Shown here piece by piece: positions 17,808 through 24,502 of a stretch of 24,502 bases of DNA; position 1 is the stretch's first letter; the number at the start of each line of letters is the position of its first letter. Both the position numbers and the translations under genes were made by a program. The notes beneath the pieces are model-generated. The model saw nothing but the letters and a program-made list of their open reading frames with translations, made no database searches and had not been told where the DNA came from. This DNA comes from Desulfobacteraceae bacterium (GTDB lineage: Bacteria; Desulfobacterota; Desulfobacteria; Desulfobacterales; JAABPS01). The stretch spans positions 1 through 24,502 of the forward strand of contig JAABPS010000001.1 of the NCBI GenBank assembly GCA_011391835.1, read 5' to 3'.

Positions 17808-18719
17808 ATGTATTTTGAGGTGTCTGGCGTTCAGGTATTTCCGGCCATTCCTTTTTTGGTCGCTTTTGTGGCTTCTTTTTTTTCATCCATGGGCGGCCTT
17901 TCAGGCGCATTTCTTCTTTTGCCTTTCCAGGTCAGTGTTCTTGGGTTTACCAGTCCAGCAGTGAGTCCGACAAACCTTGTCTATAATATCGTTGCCATAC
18001 CCAGTGGTGTGTACAGATATATAAAAGAAGGGCGGATGGCGTGGGTTCTTGTAGGTATTATCATTACCGGGACAATTCCCGGCGTGATTATAGGAGCTGT
18101 AGTGCGGATAACATACCTGCCTGATCCGGCAAAATTCAAGTTTTTTGTGGGCTGCGTTCTTCTCTATATTGGATTCAGGCTTGTCCATGATCTGGTGAAA
18201 GGTAAAAATGAAAAATCGATCAAAGATACTGCAACTGAATTAAATCAAGTTCATGGGAAAGGTATTCGAACGGTAAAGTTTTCGATAACCAAAAGTACGT
18301 ATCGATTTTTGGATGAAGATTTTACGTTTAATACAATGGGTCTGTTTTTTCTTACCTTTGTGGTGGGAATTATAGGGGGTGTATACGGTATTGGCGGCGG
18401 CGCGATTATTGCTCCGTTTCTTGTAACCTTTTACAGGCTGCCGGTATATACCATTGCAGGTGCAGCATTGCTGGGGACACTGGTAACGTCAATTGCTGGG
18501 GTTTTCTTTTACTCCGTCATCGAGGCCTTTTATGGGGATTCGGTGACTATATCGCCAGACTGGATGCTTGGCATGCTTTTTGGCGCAGGGGGATTTGTGG
18601 GGATGTACTGCGGGGCAAGGCTTCAAAAGCATGTATCTGCAAAGATCATTAAGGCAATTCTCGCTGTCCTGATTTTATTTATTTCTGTCCGTTATATTTT
18701 AAATAGATTCCATTTTTAA
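17808..18719 (+). CDS. Sulfite exporter TauE/SafE family transporter
   Basis: Two repeats with MGGLSGAFLLLP and GVYGIGGGAIIAP, and multiple TM segments. Confidence 0.88.
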   Translation: MYFEVSGVQVFPAIPFLVAFVASFFSSMGGLSGAFLLLPFQVSVLGFTSPAVSPTNLVYNIVAIPSGVYRYIKEGRMAWVLVGIIITGTIPGVIIGAVVRITYLPDPAKFKFFVGCVLLYIGFRLVHDLVKGKNEKSIKDTATELNQVHGKGIRTVKFSITKSTYRFLDEDFTFNTMGLFFLTFVVGIIGGVYGIGGGAIIAPFLVTFYRLPVYTIAGAALLGTLVTSIAGVFFYSVIEAFYGDSVTISPDWMLGMLFGAGGFVGMYCGARLQKHVSAKIIKAILAVLILFISVRYILNRFHF

Positions 18720-18728
18720 TCCATGCCA

Positions 18729-19649
18729 TCATAACTCTTCCGGCATGAATGCGATCACATCGTCAATGATGGGCGTATCTGAAAATAGCATGACGAGCCT
18801 GTCCATTCCCAGAGCGTTTCCGGATGCTTCGGGCATATCGTCAAGAGACTGGAGAAATCTTTCCGGCATGGGATACATCTCCTTCCCAGATATTATACGG
18901 GCATTTCGCTCTTCTTCAAATCGTTGTCTTTGTTCAGCAGGATCCGTTATTTCTGAAAAAGCGTTGCATATTTCTATCCCCTGAATATAAAGCTCAAATC
19001 GCTGGGCAAGGGCGGGCTCCCCGGACTTTAGTTTTGAAAAAGCCCTTTGAGACTCAGGATAATCAAAAAGAAATAGCGGCTTTCCTATTCCAAGGTGAGG
19101 TTCTACCTCAAATGCGATGGTTTCATGAAAACAATTTCGGGAAAGGGCATGTTCAAGTGATAGTGTGGCATAGGTATCAAACGCTTCATTGACTGACATT
19201 TTGGGCCATGGATGTGTGAAGTCAATGGGCTTTTCCTGATAGACGATGGAATCACCACAGCCAATGGCTTTACAGGCATATCGTATAAGTTCTTCGCACT
19301 GGTCCATCATTTCAATATAAGAAGTATCAGCAGCATACCATTCCAGCAGAGTAAACTCAGGCAGATGCCTGCTGCCCCGCTCTTTCTTACGAAAGGATTT
19401 ACAGATCTGGAAAATACGGGGATATCCTGCACAGAGAAGTCTTTTCATGCACAGCTCAGGAGATGTTTGTAAGAACCATCCATCCGATGATACGGCATCA
19501 ATGGTGGCTTCCGGTGCGGGCGCGGGAATGCGAAGAGGGGTTTCAACTTCCAAAAAATTTTTCTGGATAAAAAAACTTCGAACTGCCTGAACAATGAGAG
19601 CTCTTAATTTCAGGCGTTGAATAATTTTAGTCTGTCTGTAATTTGCCAT
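18729..19649 (-). CDS. epmA: EF-P lysine aminoacylase (beta-lysine transferase) EpmA/GenX
   Basis: Class II LysRS catalytic domain only, with no anticodon domain: FLEVETP, LQTSPELCMKRLL, FRKKERGSRHLPEFTLLEWY, RFELYIQGIEICNAFSE and GNALGMDRL. Confidence 0.93.
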   Translation of the reverse strand: MANYRQTKIIQRLKLRALIVQAVRSFFIQKNFLEVETPLRIPAPAPEATIDAVSSDGWFLQTSPELCMKRLLCAGYPRIFQICKSFRKKERGSRHLPEFTLLEWYAADTSYIEMMDQCEELIRYACKAIGCGDSIVYQEKPIDFTHPWPKMSVNEAFDTYATLSLEHALSRNCFHETIAFEVEPHLGIGKPLFLFDYPESQRAFSKLKSGEPALAQRFELYIQGIEICNAFSEITDPAEQRQRFEEERNARIISGKEMYPMPERFLQSLDDMPEASGNALGMDRLVMLFSDTPIIDDVIAFMPEEL

Positions 19650-19712
19650 AAAAGATTAGGAGAAAAGTTATGGGGTAAAAAATCAAGGAGATCTGGAAAG
19701 AGGTAAGTAAAA

Positions 19713-21026
19713 TTATTTTTTCTCAAGATAGATATCTTCGGTTCTGTCCTGAAGGACAACCATGCCATAGGCGCTTCTGTCTGCTGATTCATACCAAGCA
19801 TAGCCTGTTTCTTTACATTTCGCACATGCTTTTAAGGGGATGTGTATTGCAAGGATATGGTGACCCCTGTCCGATGACGAATCGATGCAAAGCGCTCCGC
19901 CGCAGTCATTGCAGGGCCGGATTTTTTCTTTTTGCTTTTCACTGATGCCGTCCGTATCGTAAAATATGCTGCGCGTGCGCTGATCAAATCCTTCTGTTCG
20001 TTGGATTTGATCCCTTAAAGAATTTCGCCGTTGCCAGTACGAAAGAACGGTTTCACCGATCTTTTCAATAGCCTTGGTAATTTCAGAGGATTGGCGTATT
20101 TTATCCGGATTGTAATCGGGCTCTTTGACCTTGCTGTAATCAATCCCCGCCATGGCAAGGATAATGCCCACATTCACATACGGAAGTGCGCCTTCAATGG
20201 AATACCCGCCTTCAAGTACCGCAATATCGGGCTGGAGGATGGATGTAAGCGCGGCGTATCCTTGGGCGGAAAAATTCATATTGGCCAGCGGATCGGTAAA
20301 ATGATTATCCTGTCCTGCGGAATTAACGATGAGATCCGGCTTGAAATCATCTAAAACCGGTTTAATCACATGTTTCATGACATGTAAAAAGCCCTCTTCA
20401 GAGGTATTGGGGGGGAGCGGGATATTGAGTGTTGTGCCTACGGCATTGGGCCCTCCCAGTTCATTGGTAAATCCGGTGCCAGGGTAGAGGGTTCTGCCGT
20501 CCTGATGTATGGAAATAAACAACGTGTCCGGATCATGCCAGTAGATATCCTGCGTGCCGTCTCCATGATGGCAGTCTGTATCGACAATAGCCACTTTATC
20601 AATTTTATAAGCCCTTCGCAAATATTCAATCATGATGGCTTCGATATTGATATTGCAGAAACCCCGCGAACCATGAACGATTCGCATGGCGTGGTGGCCG
20701 GGCGGACGAACCAGCGCGAATCCGCGTTCAATTTCTTTAGAAAGAACCGCAGAACCAATGGTTTTAGCTCCTCCTGCGCTGATAAAATGAGACTCTGTCG
20801 TGACGTTCCATACATCCGGCACGCAGAAGTGAACCCGCTGGATATCCTTTACCAGAACAAGATCGGGTTTGAATTCGATAATCCCTTCAATGTCAAAAAG
20901 ACCTTCTTCAAAGACCTGGTCCTGAGTATAGAGCAGGCGTTCTTCTCTTTCCGGATGGGTCGGACTGATGGCCCAATCAAACGCAGGAAAAAAGACAAGT
21001 CCGGTTTTATGTCTGGCGCTTAGCAT
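19713..21026 (-). CDS. Histone deacetylase (HDAC/AcuC/AphA) family Zn-dependent amidohydrolase with a C-terminal extension
   Basis: RPPGHH, GFCNIN, DTDCHHGDGTQ, SIHQ, YPGTG, NIPLPP, SAGQD...DPL and EGGY are all intact. About 110 extra C-terminal residues carry two CxxC pairs. Confidence 0.92.
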   Translation of the reverse strand: MLSARHKTGLVFFPAFDWAISPTHPEREERLLYTQDQVFEEGLFDIEGIIEFKPDLVLVKDIQRVHFCVPDVWNVTTESHFISAGGAKTIGSAVLSKEIERGFALVRPPGHHAMRIVHGSRGFCNINIEAIMIEYLRRAYKIDKVAIVDTDCHHGDGTQDIYWHDPDTLFISIHQDGRTLYPGTGFTNELGGPNAVGTTLNIPLPPNTSEEGFLHVMKHVIKPVLDDFKPDLIVNSAGQDNHFTDPLANMNFSAQGYAALTSILQPDIAVLEGGYSIEGALPYVNVGIILAMAGIDYSKVKEPDYNPDKIRQSSEITKAIEKIGETVLSYWQRRNSLRDQIQRTEGFDQRTRSIFYDTDGISEKQKEKIRPCNDCGGALCIDSSSDRGHHILAIHIPLKACAKCKETGYAWYESADRSAYGMVVLQDRTEDIYLEKK

Positions 21027-21072
21027 GTTAAAAATCTCTTCGTACGTCTTATGTGCTGACAGTAAATAATGG

Positions 21073-22755
21073 CTACACTAAAAGCATTTCCGCGATATCG
21101 GCATATTCGCTTAAAATACCGGGTTTCACCTGCACTTTGATGCGGATATTTTTTCCTGTGGAATGAAATCCCCGTACCATATTAAATTGCAGATCTTCGA
21201 GTACTTCCAGTTCAAGATCCTCCGGGTTTGCCCCCTTGTGCAGCGCTTTTGCCTTAAGAAGTTCATTGGCTTTTTTTAACGCATCGTCTCGTGTAAAGCT
21301 TCTGTCGATGGATTCATAAAAATTTTCTTCAGGAGAGGAAGCAAATCCCCGTTCTGTGTCTGCGAAAAAAACCACTTCACACGTTGTCCGTGCCAAGGCG
21401 GCCCCGATGGCATTGGCAACTTTCCATTTTGGAACAACGCCAACCGCTATGCCGGAATATTCTTCAATATGTCTGGCAAAATAAGGTGCGGGCCCTCCGA
21501 TAATAAGAATTTGTTTTGGATCGACCTTGTAGCCTTCTTGAAGCTCATGGATGGTGTAAACCGGTTTGCTGTTGATTCGATCGATCATAGCCCGCGCTTC
21601 ACTGATAATCTTTTTGTAGGTAGCATCGAAAATTTTCAAAGCAGCGGTTTGAAGCGGATCACCCAATTGATCGGCAATCTGCTGAATGCCGTTTCTGGCT
21701 TTTTCATTATCTCCGTCTTTAATTAACCCGATAACACACAGTGCATCTGTAGGCGTAGGAGACTGACCTCCATAGGCCATGGCAGAACCTTTTCGATCCG
21801 GACCAATTTTTAAATGACCGTCTTCTACGCGTACAAAACTGTCCCCCCCAATGCCAATGGAATGGGTGTACAGGGAACGAATAAGTGTTTTATAGTAGGA
21901 CAGACTGGTGCCCAGCGGATCCAGGACAGGTACACGGTCAATTAACACAGCCATATCCGTAGTCGTGCCGCCAATATCAAGAACCAGGCAGTCCTGCTGA
22001 ACCGGCGCAAACGGGATAGACCCCATAATGCTGGCTGCGGGTCCGGAAACGATGGTCTGGCCCGGGAAGTCCATGGACGCTTCCAGGCTCATGGTGCCAC
22101 CGTCAGCTTTCAGAATATGGAGGGGAATGTGGAGCCATTTTTGTTCTATGGATTTAATGATGGCATCATAAAATTCCTTATGGATCGGATATACAGCCGC
22201 ATTGAGATAGGTGGTAGAGATGCGGCGGGGAAAGTTGAGGTTGCCTGAAATGCGATGTCCCAGAAATACTTTTTCAAAGTCATCTTTTAAGATTTCATAT
22301 ATTGCCAGCTCGTGGGAAGGGTTCCGGACAGAGAATTTACTGACAACTCCCACATACGGTATGCCGCTTTTTTTGAGTGTTTTTGAGATGGTTTTGATTT
22401 CAGCAGGATCAATGGGTTTGATTTCCCGGCCACGATGGTCAATAGAACCCGAAACAGGAAAATAATGATCATTTGTCCGAAAAAACTCAGGGTCAACACC
22501 CGGACCGCTTGATACGATCATGCCGATGGGTGGAAGATTGTTTTGAACGATGGCATTGGTAGTCAGTGTTGTGCTGAATACAGCGCGGTGAATCTCCTGA
22601 GGTTCAACGCCTTTTGTAATTTTGTTCAGACCCGAAAGAACGCTGCGAAAAAGATTTGAAGCGTCTGTAGGTACCTTGACTTCATTTATCAGACCCTGTT
22701 TCCCCAGGAGAACAACATCCGTGTGCGTACCGCCGACATCAAGGCCGATAATCAT
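21073..22755 (-). CDS. Hydantoinase/oxoprolinase A-type (ATP-binding, ASKHA/actin-like) protein
   Basis: GLDVGGTHTD, STTLTTNA, KADGG, SGPAAS, LDIGGTTTD, SIGIGGDS, PTPTDA and ANAIGAA. I prefer ATG 22755 (AGGA Shine-Dalgarno) over the track's 22815. Confidence 0.9.
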   Translation of the reverse strand: MIIGLDVGGTHTDVVLLGKQGLINEVKVPTDASNLFRSVLSGLNKITKGVEPQEIHRAVFSTTLTTNAIVQNNLPPIGMIVSSGPGVDPEFFRTNDHYFPVSGSIDHRGREIKPIDPAEIKTISKTLKKSGIPYVGVVSKFSVRNPSHELAIYEILKDDFEKVFLGHRISGNLNFPRRISTTYLNAAVYPIHKEFYDAIIKSIEQKWLHIPLHILKADGGTMSLEASMDFPGQTIVSGPAASIMGSIPFAPVQQDCLVLDIGGTTTDMAVLIDRVPVLDPLGTSLSYYKTLIRSLYTHSIGIGGDSFVRVEDGHLKIGPDRKGSAMAYGGQSPTPTDALCVIGLIKDGDNEKARNGIQQIADQLGDPLQTAALKIFDATYKKIISEARAMIDRINSKPVYTIHELQEGYKVDPKQILIIGGPAPYFARHIEEYSGIAVGVVPKWKVANAIGAALARTTCEVVFFADTERGFASSPEENFYESIDRSFTRDDALKKANELLKAKALHKGANPEDLELEVLEDLQFNMVRGFHSTGKNIRIKVQVKPGILSEYADIAEMLLV

Positions 22756-22843
22756 ACTAATTTCCTGTTGAGGTTCTATGCATATAGTTTGCCGGGCAGC
22801 CCAGCATATTGTCATATATGAATATGTCTAATGAAGAGACGTC

Positions 22844-22872
22844 ATGCTATCCGAATTACAGGGGGTTGTCAA
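22844..22872 (-). promoter_or_regulatory. sigma70-type promoter (TTGACA-N17-TAGCAT) for the hydantoinase-HDAC(-epmA) unit
   Basis: Forward-strand tgtcaa at 22867-22872 and atgcta at 22844-22849, with exact 17-nt spacing. Confidence 0.65.
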
Positions 22873-22941
22873 TAAATCTCAAGAGTTTTTGGGATGTTCA
22901 TTGGGCTTGCGGATAAGAGAGAAGAATCCAGAGCTGTCGGG

Positions 22942-23298
22942 TTATGAACCGATAATTTTGTTCCTGAACAGAAAAAAGACAGCCCCCATCAGGCAGAGTC
23001 CTGCATAAAAGTAATCCATCGTGAGCTTTTCTTTGATGTAATATATTGAAAAAGGGATGAAAATAAAGAGGGTAATGACTTCCTGCAGGATTTTAAGCTG
23101 GCCAACTGACATGACCTCATGTCCCACACGATTCGCGGGCACTTGGAGTAAATATTCAAACAATGCAATTCCCCAGCTCAGGAGTGCGGCGATGACCCAG
23201 GGTTTATGTGAAAGATTGCGTAAATGCCCATACCATGCAAATGTCATAAATACATTGCTGCAGCAGAGCATAACGGCAGTGATTACAATACGGTTCAC
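22942..23298 (-). CDS. DMT family small membrane protein (DUF486/DMT_6-like)
   Basis: SNVFMTFAWYGHL, SWGIALFEYLLQVPANRVG and QLKILQEVITL. Confidence 0.88.
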   Translation of the reverse strand: MNRIVITAVMLCCSNVFMTFAWYGHLRNLSHKPWVIAALLSWGIALFEYLLQVPANRVGHEVMSVGQLKILQEVITLFIFIPFSIYYIKEKLTMDYFYAGLCLMGAVFFLFRNKIIGS

Positions 23299-23584
23299 AG
23301 CGAATTACCACATCCTCTAATGGTCTATAGTTATATCTTATTGAATTAAGGCATGTATTTCAGAAAGCATTCACTACTTGCCAAAATAACAAAAGTTCAT
23401 GCCTATGAACGCGGGAAATTAAGGCAGAAATAAAAGAAAGTAAAGAAATTTATTTAATTGAATACATTTTTATTAGCTGGTATTAATAACGATAAATCAA
23501 AACATGATGCGCTTGTAAGGATTATGTTTTTAAATTGCTGCCTATACTGCACACAGCAATGTAGAACTGATAAGGAGGTCAGGT

Positions 23585-23869
23585 ATGAAAAAAGACGAAC
23601 AAAATTATTTGCTGGAAAATTTGGCTGGTATTTTTATCCGTTGTTTCTTTCTGGCTTACGCTCTGCTTCTTTTATGGTTTGTTTTCTATTGGGTAGGGGG
23701 AGGCTGGAGTTATAATTTGACTTCACACTGGTTCAAGATAAGTGAACACGAATACGGTTTGATATGCTATTGCGGCATAGCCTTCCTGAAGATTTGCATC
23801 CTTTTATTCTTTTTGTTTCCCTATATCGCGATAAAGCTGGTCTTGCGAAAAAACAAAAAGAGCAATTAG
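23585..23869 (+). CDS. DUF6868-like small two-TM membrane protein
   Basis: AGGAGG Shine-Dalgarno. Pattern of F.RCF, LLLLWF, a WF-containing loop, then Y.GIAFLKI.ILLFFLFPYIAI. Confidence 0.7.
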   Translation: MKKDEQNYLLENLAGIFIRCFFLAYALLLLWFVFYWVGGGWSYNLTSHWFKISEHEYGLICYCGIAFLKICILLFFLFPYIAIKLVLRKNKKSN

Positions 23870-23872
23870 CAT

Positions 23873-23944
23873 TTGAATGAGCCTGAGTTGGCTTCCGGAT
23901 ATTTGAAAAAGAGATACAAGTGCGCCCAAGCAATTATTGAAACG
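23873..23944 (+). pseudogene. Possible N-terminal remnant of a C-GCAxxG-C-C family protein
   Basis: LNEPELASGYLKKRYKCAQAIIET resembles the family start A-x2-YF-x3-YNCAQA(V/I). The later GCAxxG motif is absent and the frame stops soon after. Confidence 0.35.
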
Positions 23945-24172
23945 AAAAGAGCGGTAAGATCTTTATTCTTCAGTAAATATCTGTGTTAAAAGTGAAGACG
24001 GGCCCCACAACTCCGATGTTTCTCTTGGCAAGGCGGGGAACCGGGTATCTATCAATGAGAGCGGGCAGGCGGATTATTATGTTAAGAATTCGAATAAGCT
24101 GGATTTTAACGTTGAGCGTTTAATCACAACCCTATCTTGAACAAATTATACTCAACATAAAAGGATACGTTT

Positions 24173-24502
24173 ATGCCTTACAAATATATTACCGTTGAAA
24201 AAAGGGATCATATAGCTGTCGTTACACTAAATCGCCCTGAAAAGCTTAACGCACTGAGTATTGATCTGATGAAAGAGATTGAAAGGGTTACGGAGGAGTT
24301 TCAGGAGGATGTTGAAACGCGGGTGGTTATTTTCAGAGGTGCGGGTAAACATTTCAGCGCAGGCATTGATTTGACAAATATCGAGCAACAACCCAAAACC
24401 AAACTGGGGATTCAACGGTTTATCAATATCGGACCCCGCATGATTCGAAAACTTTTTGAGATGAATCAGATCACAATTGCCGCCATCCATGGCTCTGCCG
24501 TC
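24173..24502 (+). CDS. Enoyl-CoA hydratase/isomerase (crotonase) family protein, partial (runs off the right edge; absent from the ORF track)
   Basis: ATG 24173 after AAGGA. It reads MPYKYITVEKRDHIAVVTLNRPEKLNALSIDLMKE...VVIFRGAGKHFSAGIDL...TIAAIHG, with crotonase motifs TLNRPEKLNA, FSAG.DL and IAAIHG. Confidence 0.93.
   Translation, partial: MPYKYITVEKRDHIAVVTLNRPEKLNALSIDLMKEIERVTEEFQEDVETRVVIFRGAGKHFSAGIDLTNIEQQPKTKLGIQRFINIGPRMIRKLFEMNQITIAAIHGSAV

Noticed and set aside
19658-19678. AGGAG-N7-ATG GGG TAA mini-ORF antisense to the HDAC-epmA junction
   Set aside because: A two-codon ORF with no plus-strand promoter found. It is probably a by-product of the pyrimidine-rich minus strand.
20505-21023. 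172-aa plus-strand ORF and the other short overlapping ORFs in the track (e.g. 2035-2481, 2893-3297, 4347-4733, 18824-19192)
   Set aside because: They are shadow or alternate frames inside well-supported genes and carry no recognisable motifs.
1-24502. Selenocysteine or pyrrolysine readthrough, CRISPR arrays, tRNA/rRNA, IS elements
   Set aside because: No recognised protein is interrupted by an in-frame TGA or TAG followed by continued homology. I saw no regularly spaced repeats, cloverleaf, rRNA signature or transposase motif. This was checked by eye only.

Overview
Gene-dense, mostly chromosomal-looking bacterial DNA. The gene set and protein style suggest an anaerobic Desulfobacterota/Deltaproteobacterium, which is inference only. 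From left to right: the 3' end of an unknown gene; an AT-rich tcmP + DUF5131 cassette (predicted methyltransferase-fold plus radical-SAM-like pair of unknown function); an acyl-CoA ligase; a collapsed amidase pseudogene ahead of a MATE transporter; an orphan ParA; a decayed RHS/YD fragment; a Cys-motif J-domain protein; an MFS permease; a hsp20-lon-rlpA-gmhB-recD2 run; DUF1178; nadB; a TauE/SafE transporter; a minus-strand hydantoinase/oxoprolinase-A + HDAC-family deacetylase + epmA cluster behind a near-consensus sigma70 promoter; a DMT protein; a DUF6868-like protein; further gene debris; and a 5'-partial enoyl-CoA hydratase that the ORF track misses. I saw no rRNA, tRNA, CRISPR array, transposase or integrase. 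The best leads for an undescribed system are the tcmP/DUF5131 cassette and the hydantoinase-A/HDAC(/epmA) unit. All family assignments come from motif recognition by eye; no database searches were run.
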